From Actinomycetota bacterium (GTDB taxonomy: Bacteria; Actinomycetota; Acidimicrobiia; Acidimicrobiales; JAFATL01): a stretch of 64,000 nucleotides of DNA. Positions 1 through 10,792 of the stretch are shown here, one piece after another. The stretch lies in the NCBI GenBank assembly GCA_041166085.1, contig JBEEFP010000050.1, positions 15,114-79,113 on the forward strand, given 5' to 3'. Both the position numbers and the translations under genes were made by a program. Below the pieces are notes generated by a model. It saw only the letters and a program-made list of their open reading frames with translations, searched no databases and was not told where the DNA came from. The number at the start of each line of letters is the position of its first letter. Position 1 is the first letter of the stretch.

Positions 1-354
1 CGCGCCGCGCAGGTCGTGTTCGTGGGTGGTCACGTCGAAGACGGCCTGCTCACCGGGAGGACCGATGGCGTCGAGCATGGACTCGAAGGCGGGCGCCTTC
101 TCGTTCCACTCCGCGACCACGTCTTCGAGCGAACGGTGCGCGCGCGCCTCGACCTGGAGCGCCGTCCACGGATCGGTGCCGACGCCGTCGAGCCGCCCGG
201 CGAGCGCGTCGTCGACCACGCCGGCCATGTGGGCAACGACATCCTTCACTGTCCACTCGGGACACGCCGGCACCCGCCGCGCCGGGTCGGCACCAACGAC
301 CATCGCACTCACCCGTTCCCGTACGCCCGCATAGGCACTGCCGACCTCGCCCAT
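1..354 (-). CDS. DinB / mycothiol-dependent maleylpyruvate-isomerase-like N-terminal domain protein (partial, C-terminus outside window)
   Basis: My own minus-strand translation from the ATG at 354: MGEVGSAYAGVRERVSAMVVGADPARRVPACPEWTVKDVVAHMAGVVDDALAG... The CPEWTVKDVVAH motif is typical of this family. The ORF has no stop in the window, so it is absent from the ORF track. Third codon positions are GC-rich. Confidence 0.55.
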   Translation of the reverse strand, partial: MGEVGSAYAGVRERVSAMVVGADPARRVPACPEWTVKDVVAHMAGVVDDALAGRLDGVGTDPWTALQVEARAHRSLEDVVAEWNEKAPAFESMLDAIGPPGEQAVFDVTTHEHDLRGA

Positions 355-426
355 CGCCCGCTCCTTCCCGCCTGCCGGTGCTCGCCGGTGAGACGGTAAC
401 CGCGTCGGCGCATAGCGTGATGGGCC

Positions 427-1194
427 ATGCTCGAGCGGCTGCCGGACAACGTGCGCACCCCGGCGGTGGCGCGCGCGGTGGTGTCCCCGTCGGCGCTGCT
501 GCTGGCCGGGGCAGGGACGGCCGCCGCCATCCTGGGCGGGCTGCCGATCGCGGCGGCGGCAGGCATCGGCGCGTTGGCGTGGGCCGTCCGCGTGGCAGCC
601 GCGGTTCCCCGCCGGCCGAAGGGCGAGCGGGTCGACGCCTTCCGGGTCGGCGAGCCGTGGCGCAAGTACGTGCTCGACGCACAGCAGGCCAAGGCGACAT
701 TCGAACGCACCACCAGGCGGATGAAGGACGGGCCCCTACGCGAGCGGCTCGAGGGCATCGGCTCCCGCCTCGACGACGGCGTCACCGAGTGCTGGCACAT
801 CGCGCGGCAGGGGGACGACCTGGTCGGCGCCTATCGCCAGCTCGACGTACGCAACACGGCCCAGGAGCTGGCCGGCCTGGAGGCGGAGGCACGGGCGAAC
901 AGCGACCGCGACCGCAAGTCGTCCCTCGACCGGGCCATCGCGGCCGTGCAGGCCCAGCTGGCCTCCGCCGAACGCATCAAGAACGTGGCCGAGAACGCGT
1001 CCGACCGGCTCAAGGTCATCAACGCCCAGCTCGACGAGGCGGTGGCCCGTGCCGTCGAGCTGTCGGTGCGCGCCAACGACGTGAGCGAGCTCAGCCCGCT
1101 CACCACCGACGTCGACAACCTCGTCAGCGAGCTCGAATCGTTGCGCCAGGGCCTCGAGGAGACCGGTGACGCGGCGGGGGGTATGACCGCATAA
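427..1194 (+). CDS. Hypothetical membrane-anchored coiled-coil protein upstream of pspA
   Basis: 255-aa ORF. It has two N-terminal hydrophobic segments (ALLLAGAGTAAAILGGLPIAAAAGIGALAWAV) followed by a long helical, charged region. It ends 10 nt before pspA on the same strand. Confidence 0.6.
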   Translation: MLERLPDNVRTPAVARAVVSPSALLLAGAGTAAAILGGLPIAAAAGIGALAWAVRVAAAVPRRPKGERVDAFRVGEPWRKYVLDAQQAKATFERTTRRMKDGPLRERLEGIGSRLDDGVTECWHIARQGDDLVGAYRQLDVRNTAQELAGLEAEARANSDRDRKSSLDRAIAAVQAQLASAERIKNVAENASDRLKVINAQLDEAVARAVELSVRANDVSELSPLTTDVDNLVSELESLRQGLEETGDAAGGMTA

Positions 1195-1204
1195 CCTTCG
1201 ACGC

Positions 1205-1987
1205 ATGATCAAGCTCTTGCGTCGAATGGGGCGCTACATCACGGCCGCCCTCACCGGGAAGTTCAACGAGGTCGCCGACCCCAAGGTGCAGCTCGAGCAG
1301 GCGATCATGGAGGCCCAGGAGCAGCACCGCCGGCTCAAGGAGCAGGCGGCCAACGTGATCGCCAACCAGAAGCAGACCGAGATGCGCCTCAACCGGGCCA
1401 TGGAGGAGCTGGAGAAGGTCAACTCCTCGGCCCGTCAGGCCGTGCTCATGGCCGACGAGGCCACCAAGCAGGGCGACGCCGCCAAGGCGACGGAGTACAC
1501 GCGCGCGGCAGAGGCCTTCGCCAACCGGCTCATCGCGTCGGAGAAGGAGGTGGACGGCCTCAAGAGCCTGGCCATGCAGACCACCCAGGCGTCCGACCAG
1601 GCCAAGGCGGCGGTGGCCCAGAACTCGAGCGCGCTGCAGAAGAAGCTGGCCGAGCGCCAGAAGCTCCTCAGCCAACTCGACCAGGCCAAGATGCAGGAGC
1701 AGATGAACAAGGCCATGGCCAGCCTGTCCGAGACCGTCGGCCAGGACGTCCCGACGCTCGAAGAGGTGCGGGACAAGATCGAGACCCGCTACGCCCGCGC
1801 CCTCGGCACGTCCGAGCTGCAAGGCGAGTCGGTCGAGAGCCGCATGCTCGAGGTCGAGCAGGCCTCGCTCAACACCGAGGCCAAGGCCCGCCTCTCGGAG
1901 ATCCGATCGCAGCTCGGGCTGTCGGCTCCGGCCGCCGCGCCCGCGCCTGCACCAGAAGCGACCCCGAGCGAGGGGTCCGCCGGTTAG
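1205..1987 (+). CDS. pspA: PspA/IM30 family (phage shock protein A-like) membrane-stress protein
   Basis: The N-terminus MIKLLRRMGRYITAALTGKFNEVADPKVQLEQAIMEAQEQHRRLKEQAANVIANQKQ is characteristic of PspA/IM30. The protein is all coiled coil and 260 aa long. Confidence 0.85.
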   Translation: MIKLLRRMGRYITAALTGKFNEVADPKVQLEQAIMEAQEQHRRLKEQAANVIANQKQTEMRLNRAMEELEKVNSSARQAVLMADEATKQGDAAKATEYTRAAEAFANRLIASEKEVDGLKSLAMQTTQASDQAKAAVAQNSSALQKKLAERQKLLSQLDQAKMQEQMNKAMASLSETVGQDVPTLEEVRDKIETRYARALGTSELQGESVESRMLEVEQASLNTEAKARLSEIRSQLGLSAPAAAPAPAPEATPSEGSAG

Positions 1988-1998
1988 GCGGACTCACC

Positions 1999-2622
1999 AT
2001 GGGCGCCGGGCTGGGCCGGGTCCTGCGGTGCTACGACGACGGCATCGACGCGGTCGAGGCCATCGCGACGCGTATCGAAGCGGCCGACGCGTGGGAGTCG
2101 ACGACGCCGTGTCCGGCGTGGACCGCGCTCGAGCTCCTCGGCCATCTCGGGATCGTCGCCGGCTGGTACCACGCGTGGCTGGATCGAGCTGAGGCCGGGA
2201 TCGCGGAGCCGCCCTTCCCCGCCGCCCACCTGCCGGTGGAGAACGCTGCTGCGGTCGACGCGCTGCCTGCCACGTCGGGTCCGGACCGCCTGACCACCTT
2301 CACCACGCTCGCCCGCACCTACGCCAAGCGCCTGCCCGAGCGATGGAGCCTGCCGTACGGCTACCCGCGCGGCACCGTGACGGCCGGGTTCCACGCCGGT
2401 GTCGCCGCCATCGAGTGGCACGTGCACGCGTGGGACCTCGGCCAGGTCATCGGGCACACGCACCGACCCGAGGACCCCGAGACGTTGGCCGCGGTCGGGG
2501 CCGAGTCCGAGCTGCGCTACCGCGCCCCCGCGCTGCGGTCCGTCGCGCCGCTCGCCCGCCGGCTCGCGACCACAGGTGACGCATGGCGTCGCGTCCTGAA
2601 GGGCGCGGGCCGCACGCCCTAG
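1999..2622 (+). CDS. DinB-like / maleylpyruvate isomerase N-terminal domain family protein
   Basis: 207 aa. The motif TTPCPAWTALELLGHLGIV plus later His residues (WHVHAWDL) resemble the actinobacterial mycothiol-dependent DinB-like fold. Confidence 0.6.
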   Translation: MGAGLGRVLRCYDDGIDAVEAIATRIEAADAWESTTPCPAWTALELLGHLGIVAGWYHAWLDRAEAGIAEPPFPAAHLPVENAAAVDALPATSGPDRLTTFTTLARTYAKRLPERWSLPYGYPRGTVTAGFHAGVAAIEWHVHAWDLGQVIGHTHRPEDPETLAAVGAESELRYRAPALRSVAPLARRLATTGDAWRRVLKGAGRTP

Positions 2623-2698
2623 CGAGGGTGCCTCCACCCATATGAAGTCGCTGGCAGCCGCCCTGTCGCGATGCCACCTCTGAGGCGAGACTGACACG

Positions 2699-5122
2699 AT
2701 GGGGGCCGTCGCGCTGCTCTTCCGTTCGCTCGTGCGCCGCCGCTGGCGCAGCTTCGTCGCGGTTGCGCTGCTGATCGGGCTCGGTGGCAGCGTGGCGCTG
2801 GCGGCGGGAGCCGGCGCGCGCAGGACGCTGTCGGCCTATCCGCGCTACCTCCGGGCAGGCCAGGTCTCGGACCTCGCTGTCGACTATCCCGTCAAGGACT
2901 TCGCGACCGACTTCGCCTCAGGCATCGCCCATCTCCCGCAGGTCGTCGCGGGCAGTAGCGCCACCTACATCGGGATGAACGTGGCGACGGCGACGCCCAC
3001 GGGCGACCCCGACCCGTCGCTCCAGTTCGAGTCGGTCGGGAGCCTCGACGGGCGGTTCATCGCGCAGGACCGAGCGGTCGTCATCCACGGCCGTCTGCCC
3101 CGCGCCGCACGCGCCGACGAGGTCCTGATCAACCAGGCGCTGGCCGACGCCGGTCTTCGGCTGGGCCAGACCATCCCACTGGCGACCGTGCCCCACGACA
3201 ACGACGAGGACGGGACGTCCGGCTTCGAGACCGGCGTCGTCCTCGACCGAGCGCGCGTGCGGGTTGTCGGCATCGGGTTGCTGCCGGAGGAGGTGGTCCA
3301 GGACGACATCGACCGCGGGCCACGGATGCTCTTCACTCCCGCGTTCACGCGAGCCCACCTCGAGAGCGCGAACTACCCGTGGCAGGGCCTTCGTGTCCGC
3401 GGTGGCGGCGCGGGCGTTCCCGCAGCGAAGCGCGCAATCGTCTCGTCGGCCCCGAAGGCGGACCAGGTGCTGTTCCGTGAACAGGCGCCGATCACCGCCA
3501 AGGTGCAGCGCTCCGAGCGGCCCATCGCCACCGCCCTCGGCATCTTCGCGGCGGCGGTGGCCTTCGCGATGCTGGTCCTCGCCGGCCAGGCGTTCAGTCG
3601 CCTGTTGAGCTTCGAACGCGACGACGAACGCGGCCTTCGCGCCATGGGCCTCGGGCCCGCGGCACGCGGCCTGCCCATGGCGTTGGTCGCGCTCGGGACG
3701 GTGGTCGTGGGCGCGGTGCTTGCCATCCTCGGCGCGCTCGCCCTGTCGCCGTTGGCACCCGTCGGGATCATCCGGCGCGTCGATCCCGATCCCGGTGCCG
3801 CGCTCGACGTCACCGCTGTCATCGGCGGCGCCGCTGTCCTCACCGTCCTGCTCACGGTCCTGATCGGCTTTCTCGTCGTCCGAGCCGTGGGCCGTGCCTC
3901 CGACCCCGACGCCCGCAGCGAACCGTCACGGCTGGCGGCGGCCGCGGCCGGACTCGGCCCCGCGGCGGCCATCGGGACCCGGATGGCGCTCGAACCGGGC
4001 CGGGGGCGAACGGCCGTACCGGTGCGCACGAACCTGTTCGCGGTGACGGGCGCCGTGGTCGTCGTCGTGGCCGCGTCGACCTTCGGCGCCAACCTCCATC
4101 GGTTGGTCGGCCATCCCGCGCTGTACGGCGCGCCGTGGAGCGGCGTCATCGCCGCCGACGGCGGTTACGGCGAGGTCTCCATGCCGGCCATGGGCCGGGC
4201 CATGCGTGACGACGAGGCCGTCGACGGCTGGGCCGGCGCCACCTTCGCGGCGGTCGGTGTCGACGGGCACGACACGCCCGTGATGGGACTGACCCGGGGG
4301 CGCGGCAGTGTCGGTCCCCCGGTGCTACGAGGTCGTCTGCCGGCCGACGACCGAGAGATCCTGCTGGCCGGGGGGACGGCAAAGGCGCTGCACGTCGACA
4401 TCGGTGACAAGGTCGCGCTCACCGCCGGCGGCCCTTCGAAGCCGTTCACGGTCGTCGGCACCGGCGTCCTGCCCGCCATCGGCAAGCTGTTCTCCGAACA
4501 CACCAGCCCCGGCATCGGCGCGCTCGTGAGCGGCCGCACCGTGCAGGAGCTGTCGCCCGACCAACCGCTTGCGGCCGCCGTGCTCGTGCGCTTGCGGCCG
4601 GGTCTCGCAAAGGAGCGAGAGCTGCGCCGCCTCGCGACCACACTGCCACGCGCGCCTCACACCAACGCCTACGACGTGCTCATCGACCAGCGGCCCGCGG
4701 ACATCGCCAACTCGAGCTCGGTGGGCGCCGGGCCGACAGCGCTGGCCGGCGTCCTCGGCGCCGCCGCGGTGTTGTCGGTCGCGCTCACCGCGGCTGTGTC
4801 GGCCCGTCGCCGCCGTGCCGATCTCGCCGTGCTCAAGGCCATCGGGTTCACCCGCCGGCAGCTGGCCACCGCGGTCCGATGGCAGGCCGGCCTCACCATG
4901 ACCATCGCACTCGTGGTCGGGACCGTGCTCGGCATCGTGGTCGGACGCGCGGTGTGGCGCGCTTTTGCCAACCAGTTGCACGTCGTCCCCGCCACGACCA
5001 TCCCCGTGCTGCTGCTCGCAGCGGTCGCCGTCGCGTTGCTGGCCGCCTCCGTCCTCGCCGCTGCGCCCATCGGTCGCTCCGCGGCACGGACACCGACCGC
5101 CGTGACGCTCCGGACGGAGTAG
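2699..5122 (+). CDS. FtsX-like (MacB-type) ABC transporter permease with duplicated FtsX domain
   Basis: 807 aa. The N-terminus LLFRSLVRRRWRSFVAVALLIGLGGSVALAAGAGARRT is followed by a large extracytoplasmic region. A C-terminal repeat (LKAIGFTRRQLATAVRWQAGL) is typical of FtsX permeases. No ATPase gene lies adjacent. Confidence 0.75.
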   Translation: MGAVALLFRSLVRRRWRSFVAVALLIGLGGSVALAAGAGARRTLSAYPRYLRAGQVSDLAVDYPVKDFATDFASGIAHLPQVVAGSSATYIGMNVATATPTGDPDPSLQFESVGSLDGRFIAQDRAVVIHGRLPRAARADEVLINQALADAGLRLGQTIPLATVPHDNDEDGTSGFETGVVLDRARVRVVGIGLLPEEVVQDDIDRGPRMLFTPAFTRAHLESANYPWQGLRVRGGGAGVPAAKRAIVSSAPKADQVLFREQAPITAKVQRSERPIATALGIFAAAVAFAMLVLAGQAFSRLLSFERDDERGLRAMGLGPAARGLPMALVALGTVVVGAVLAILGALALSPLAPVGIIRRVDPDPGAALDVTAVIGGAAVLTVLLTVLIGFLVVRAVGRASDPDARSEPSRLAAAAAGLGPAAAIGTRMALEPGRGRTAVPVRTNLFAVTGAVVVVVAASTFGANLHRLVGHPALYGAPWSGVIAADGGYGEVSMPAMGRAMRDDEAVDGWAGATFAAVGVDGHDTPVMGLTRGRGSVGPPVLRGRLPADDREILLAGGTAKALHVDIGDKVALTAGGPSKPFTVVGTGVLPAIGKLFSEHTSPGIGALVSGRTVQELSPDQPLAAAVLVRLRPGLAKERELRRLATTLPRAPHTNAYDVLIDQRPADIANSSSVGAGPTALAGVLGAAAVLSVALTAAVSARRRRADLAVLKAIGFTRRQLATAVRWQAGLTMTIALVVGTVLGIVVGRAVWRAFANQLHVVPATTIPVLLLAAVAVALLAASVLAAAPIGRSAARTPTAVTLRTE

Positions 5123-5126
5123 CGCC

Positions 5127-6220
5127 TCAGCCAGGGAGCACGACGAGGTCGTCGCGGTGCACGACCTCGTGCGGCACGTCGGCGGGCAGGTCCGACGTGT
5201 GCCTCCCCTGCCACTCCTTGATGCGCGCCGCGGAATGACCGGCCAGGCCCTTGGCGAAGACGCGCCCGTCACTGGCGGCGATCTCCACCGCGTCCTCCGC
5301 CGCGAACGAGCCCTCGACGCCGACCACGCCCGCGGGCAGCAGCGAGCCGCCCCGTTCGACCAGGGCACGACGGGCGCCGTCATCGACGACCACCGTTCCT
5401 GACGATCCGACCGCGAAGGCGATCCACAGCTTGCGGGCCGAGAGACGGCGGTCGTGCGGGCGCACCACCGTCCCCACCCCGGCGTGGCCGTTGAGCGCGT
5501 CCTGCAGCACACCGGCCCGGTCGGCCTTGGCGATGACGGCGCGCACCCCCGACCAGCTGGCGATCTTGGCCGCGGCCAGCTTGGACGCCATGCCGCCGCT
5601 GCCCTGCACCGTGGTCGGTCCGCCGGCCGCCTGCTCGAGGGCGTGGTCGACCTCGACGATCTCCTCGATGAGGCTGGCCCCTTCGTCGAGCCGGGGGTCT
5701 GCGGTGAACATCCCGGCCGTGTCGGTGAGCAGCACGAGCAGGTCCGCGCTGACGAGATGGGCGACGAGGGCGGCCAGCCTGTCGTTGTCGCCGAAGCGGA
5801 TCTCGTCGTCGGCGACTGCGTCGTTCTCGTTGACGATGGGCACGACGCCGAGCTCGAGCAGACGGGTGAGCGTCTGCCGCGCGTGCAAGTACTGCTGACG
5901 GTGGACGAAGTCGAGCGGCGCCAGCAGCACCTGTCCGCCCACGAGGGAGTGGCGGCCGAGGATGTCGTCGTAGGTGCGGATCAGGCGCCCCTGCCCGACC
6001 GCGCTCACCGCCTGCAGGGTGGCGAGGTCGGTGGGGCGGTTGCCGTGCAGGCCGAGGGCGGGCAGGCCCGCGCTGATGGCGCCCGACGTCACGATGAGCA
6101 CCTTGTGGTGCGCCCCTCGCAGGCCCGCCACCTCGGTGCACAGCTTCTCGATGGCGGTGGCGTCGATCTCGCCGTGCTGGTCGGTGATCGACGACGTGCC
6201 GATCTTGACGACGACGATCA

Positions 6221-6221
<1 letters not shown>
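5127..6221 (-). CDS. proB: Glutamate 5-kinase (with C-terminal PUA domain)
   Basis: The sequence MIVVVKIGTSSITDQHG...VLIVTSGAISAG...NENDAV..D.IRFGDNDRLAALVA matches ProB. It sits in the conserved obg-proB position. Confidence 0.9.
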
Positions 6222-7534
<1,313 letters not shown>

Positions 7535-7798
7535 CTAGTTGTCGCCGTCGGGCGCGAGCACGTCGACGAGCTTGCGGCCCTTGCGCTCGCCGAACTTGAC
7601 CTTGCCGGGGGCGAGGGCGAACAGGGTGTCATCGCCACCGCGGCCGACGTTGACGCCGGGGTGGAACCTGGTGCCGCGCTGGCGCACGATGATCGTGCCC
7701 GCGTTGACGGCGCCGCCGTCGAACACCTTCACGCCCAGGCGCTGGGCCTGGGAGTCACGGCCGTTGCGGGTCGAGCCGCCACCTTTGGTCTTGGACAT
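7535..7798 (-). CDS. rpmA: 50S ribosomal protein L27
   Basis: The sequence [52 protein letters not shown] is canonical L27. Confidence 0.95.
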   Translation of the reverse strand: MSKTKGGGSTRNGRDSQAQRLGVKVFDGGAVNAGTIIVRQRGTRFHPGVNVGRGGDDTLFALAPGKVKFGERKGRKLVDVLAPDGDN

Positions 7799-7800
7799 CG

Positions 7801-8112
7801 TTAACCCCTCGTGATCCCGGTGATCTCGATCGTCGTGTACTTCTGCCGGTGACCCCAGCTCTTGCGGCTGCGGCTCTTGTTCTTGTACTTGAAGCCCCGG
7901 ATCTTGGGGCCCTTGCTCAGGCCGACGATGCGGGCCGACACGCTGGCGCCCGTGAGGTCACCCGCCTTGGCGACCACGTCCTCGCCGTCCACGAGCATCA
8001 CAGGGGTGAAGGTCACCTCGGCGCCCTCCTCGCCGTCGAGCAGCTCGACGTCGAGGCGCTGGCCCTCGGCCACCTTCTCCTGCTTGCCACCTGTCTTGAT
8101 CACCGCATACAT
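7801..8112 (-). CDS. rplU: 50S ribosomal protein L21
   Basis: [23 protein letters not shown] is a canonical L21 N-terminus. The start is re-set to Met10 of the ORF-track entry (8139 minus 27 nt). Confidence 0.93.
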   Translation of the reverse strand: MYAVIKTGGKQEKVAEGQRLDVELLDGEEGAEVTFTPVMLVDGEDVVAKAGDLTGASVSARIVGLSKGPKIRGFKYKNKSRSRKSWGHRQKYTTIEITGITRG

Positions 8113-8263
8113 AGGAAGGGGACAGGATACTCCAGGCAACGACAGCCCCCAATTGCCGCCGGCCGCTCAGGCGCCGAAGGCGCCCCTTCGGATGGCGGCC
8201 AGAAGGAAGCCTTCAGCGCGGAGCACGATCAAGCTCGGCCGAGCTTGCGAGGCCGAAAGGCTT

Positions 8264-10087
8264 CTATAGCAGCGCGTCGTCGAAGACGATTCCCCTGCCC
8301 TGGCAGGTGGGGCAGGTGGACGAGAAGCTCTCGACCAGGCCTTCCGACACCCGCTTCCTGGTCATCTCGACCAGCCCGAGGTCGGAGATGTCGAACACCT
8401 GGACCCGGGTCTTGTCCCGTGAGAGGGCGTCCCGGAAGGTGCGCTGGACCTCGTCGCGGTTCTTGCGGATCTCCATGTCGATGAAGTCGATGACGATGAT
8501 GCCGCCGATGTCCCGCAACCGGAGCTGACGGGCGATCTCCTCGGCCGCCTCGAGGTTGTTGCGGAAGACCGTCTCCTCCAGGCTCGACTTGCCCACGTTG
8601 CGCCCCGTGTTGACGTCGATCACGGTGAGGGCCTCGGTGCGCTCGATGATGAGCGAGCCACCCGACGGCAGCCAGACCTTGCGGTCGAGGGCCTTGTGCA
8701 GCTGCTCGTGCACGTGGAAGCGCTCGAAGATCGGGAGCGCCTCGACGGCCGGGTCGTAGTACTCCACGCGGTCGGCCAGCTCGGGGCTGATGCTGGCCAC
8801 GTAGTCGCGCACCTCCTTGTGCAGGCCGGGATCGTCGATGACGACGCCCCGGTAGTTCTTGTTGAACTCCTCGCGGATGACCCGCACCGCCATCCCCGGC
8901 TCCCGGTACAGCAGCGCCGGCGCGCGGGACTTCTTGGCCAGCGCGTCGATCTGGTCCCACTGGCCGGACAGGCGCGCCACATCGCGGCGTAGCTCGTCGG
9001 CCGTCGCGCCCTCCGCCGCGGTGCGCACGATGAGGCCGTGGCCGGCGGGGCGCACGTCGTCGAGGATGCGCCGCAGGCGCTTGCGCTCGTCGTCGGGCAG
9101 ACGCTTGGAGATGCCGTAGGTGTCGCTGTTGGGGATGAGGACCACGAAGCGGCCCGGCAGCGACACCTCCTGGGTGAGCCGGGCGCCCTTGGTGCCGATC
9201 GGGTTCTTGGTGACCTGGCAGAGGATGTTCTGGCCCGCCTTGAGCATCTGCTCGATGCGCAGGTTGCTGTTCTTCGAGGTGCCCGCTCCGTCGCCTTTCT
9301 CGCCTCCGGCGATGATGTCGTCCGGGTCGTAGCGGACGTCGCCCTTGTAGAGCACGGCGTTCTTGGGCGTGCCGATGTCGATGAACGCCGCCTCCATGCC
9401 CGGCAGCACGTTCTGGACGCGACCCACGTAGATGTTGCCGTCGATCTGGGTCGCGTCGTCCTGGGGGATCGACACGTAGTGCTCGATCAGGGCCCGGCCC
9501 TCGAGCACCGCCAGCTGCGTGCCCTGCGGTCGCACGTGCACGCACATGAGGTAGCGGCCGACCGGTCGGCCCTTGCGCTCGCGCCCCCGCCGCTTGGCGA
9601 GGGTCTCGTCGTCGAGCTCGTAGTCGTCGTCGTCCGCCTCGAGGTCGAACTCGACGGGGCGGACCTGCTGCCCACCGCCACCGCCTCCACCGCCGCCGCC
9701 TCCGCCACCACCACTGCGTGAGCGGCCCCGACCACCCCGGCGCCGGCGCCGTCGGGTGCCACCGGACGCGGCGCCATCGTCGTCGCCGTTGCGAGCGGCG
9801 GGACGGGGCGCGCTGGCGCCGGGCGGCGCCGGCCTGGTGTCGCCGATCTGGGGCTTGCGGGGCGCGGGCGTCACGGTCGCTCGCTCGGCCGCCTCGCCCG
9901 TGGCCCGTCCCTCGATGGGACGGTCGGGCAGGTCGTCGGGTCGGCGGTCGTCCGCCCCGGAGCTCGCGGTCGCGGTGCCGGCTGCGCTGTTGGGGTTGCT
10001 ACCGGGCGTGCGGCGGCGGTTCCGCCCGCCGCGCGAACCACGCCGACGGCGGCGGTTCGGGTCTGCTGGTGTGGTCTCGTCGGACAC
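8264..10087 (-). CDS. rne: Ribonuclease E/G family (Rne) with Arg/Gly/Pro-rich N-terminal extension
   Basis: The S1 and catalytic core are present: NIYVGRVQNVLPGMEAAFIDIG, VIDVNTGR, GGIIVIDFIDM, and a C-terminal Zn-link CPTCQGRG. The N-terminal ~190 aa are low complexity and include a 14-Gly run. The gene sits in the conserved position upstream of rplU. Confidence 0.85.
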   Translation of the reverse strand: MSDETTPADPNRRRRRGSRGGRNRRRTPGSNPNSAAGTATASSGADDRRPDDLPDRPIEGRATGEAAERATVTPAPRKPQIGDTRPAPPGASAPRPAARNGDDDGAASGGTRRRRRRGGRGRSRSGGGGGGGGGGGGGGQQVRPVEFDLEADDDDYELDDETLAKRRGRERKGRPVGRYLMCVHVRPQGTQLAVLEGRALIEHYVSIPQDDATQIDGNIYVGRVQNVLPGMEAAFIDIGTPKNAVLYKGDVRYDPDDIIAGGEKGDGAGTSKNSNLRIEQMLKAGQNILCQVTKNPIGTKGARLTQEVSLPGRFVVLIPNSDTYGISKRLPDDERKRLRRILDDVRPAGHGLIVRTAAEGATADELRRDVARLSGQWDQIDALAKKSRAPALLYREPGMAVRVIREEFNKNYRGVVIDDPGLHKEVRDYVASISPELADRVEYYDPAVEALPIFERFHVHEQLHKALDRKVWLPSGGSLIIERTEALTVIDVNTGRNVGKSSLEETVFRNNLEAAEEIARQLRLRDIGGIIVIDFIDMEIRKNRDEVQRTFRDALSRDKTRVQVFDISDLGLVEMTRKRVSEGLVESFSSTCPTCQGRGIVFDDALL

Positions 10088-10102
10088 TTGGGAAGTCCCT
10101 TC

Positions 10103-10792
10103 TCATGACGCACGCATCCCTGCGTGCGGCGCGTCCGTCGCGTCGAGGGAGATCGGCTCCCATCGCGCGCCGTCGCGCTCAATCCATTGGTGTGTCCTGC
10201 GTACGAGGCAGTCCTCGAACTCGACGCCGAGCACGGAGAGCAGCTCGGCTGGACGGACCCCGCGCTGCTGTACGAGCAGCTCGAAGGTCAACGTCGCATC
10301 GGGGTTGAGGACGAGCGAGCGGATGGCGGGCCGGATGTCATCTGTGACCGGCCGGCCCTTGCGCTCGCGGGTCAGGACGATCTCGTCCGCGGCCAGCACG
10401 TCTTGTATGCGGTCGCTGAGGTCGCCGTGCTCCCCCAGCTCCACCATCCACGTGGAGCTGGTGACTTCGTGCTGCAGGCTGTCGGCACCGGGCGGGACGG
10501 CGGCAGCCGCCACCACGTCGATGCCGACGGGGAGGGCAGGCGTGAGCCGGCCCGGAAGCGTGAGGATCTCGAGGGCGTCGTCGTTGACGTCGAGGTCCAG
10601 GTACTCGGCCATGGACTCGTGCCCGGTTGGGAGCGCGAGCCCGAAACTGACCTTGGGTCGAGGGGAGAACCCCTCGGTGTAGCTGAGGGAGACGCCCGCC
10701 CGCCGGCACGCCCGCTCCCACATGCGAGCCACGTCGCGGTGGCTGGTCCAGCGGACCTTGCCCAGCTTGGTGAAGCGAACGCGAACCTTCAC
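10103..10792 (-). CDS. DUF2344 / TIGR03936-type radical-SAM-associated protein
   Basis: VKVRVRFTKLGKVRWTSHRDVARMWERACRRAGVSLSYTEGFSPRPKVSFGLALPTGHES is typical of DUF2344. The GTG start at 10792 forms a GTGA overlap with the stop of the upstream radical SAM gene. Confidence 0.8.
   Translation of the reverse strand: MKVRVRFTKLGKVRWTSHRDVARMWERACRRAGVSLSYTEGFSPRPKVSFGLALPTGHESMAEYLDLDVNDDALEILTLPGRLTPALPVGIDVVAAAAVPPGADSLQHEVTSSTWMVELGEHGDLSDRIQDVLAADEIVLTRERKGRPVTDDIRPAIRSLVLNPDATLTFELLVQQRGVRPAELLSVLGVEFEDCLVRRTHQWIERDGARWEPISLDATDAPHAGMRAS

Noticed and set aside
50-800. Long ORFs at the left edge (16..399 +, 50..700 -, 309..800 -) rich in Arg/Pro/Ala/Gly.
   Set aside because: They overlap each other and the better-supported DinB-like (minus, 1-354) and 427-1194 genes. 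Their composition is typical of out-of-frame or antisense reading of GC-rich coding DNA, and no motif was recognised.
2699-5122. An FtsX/MacB-type permease without an adjacent ABC ATPase gene.
   Set aside because: Orphan FtsX-family permeases with the ATPase encoded elsewhere are common in Actinomycetota. There is no further unusual sequence feature.
8229-9545. A 438-aa ORF out of frame within rne. Similar long shadow ORFs occur elsewhere (12729..13865, 18550..19623, 18807..20168, 20188..21822, 21201..23357, 28428..30155, 29257..30954, 35245..36459, 37625..38962, 51322..52302, 52566..53903, 57828..59012, 61927..63201).
   Set aside because: Each lies entirely inside, or antisense to, a gene with clear family motifs. 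Each also has the Arg/Gly/Pro-dominated composition expected from wrong-frame translation at very high GC. They are treated as artefacts.
9671-9712. A (GGN)14 repeat encoding a 14-residue poly-Gly run in the RNase E N-terminal extension.
   Set aside because: Low-complexity Arg/Gly/Pro scaffolding regions are usual for actinobacterial RNase E. It could be slippage-prone, but nothing suggests a distinct function.
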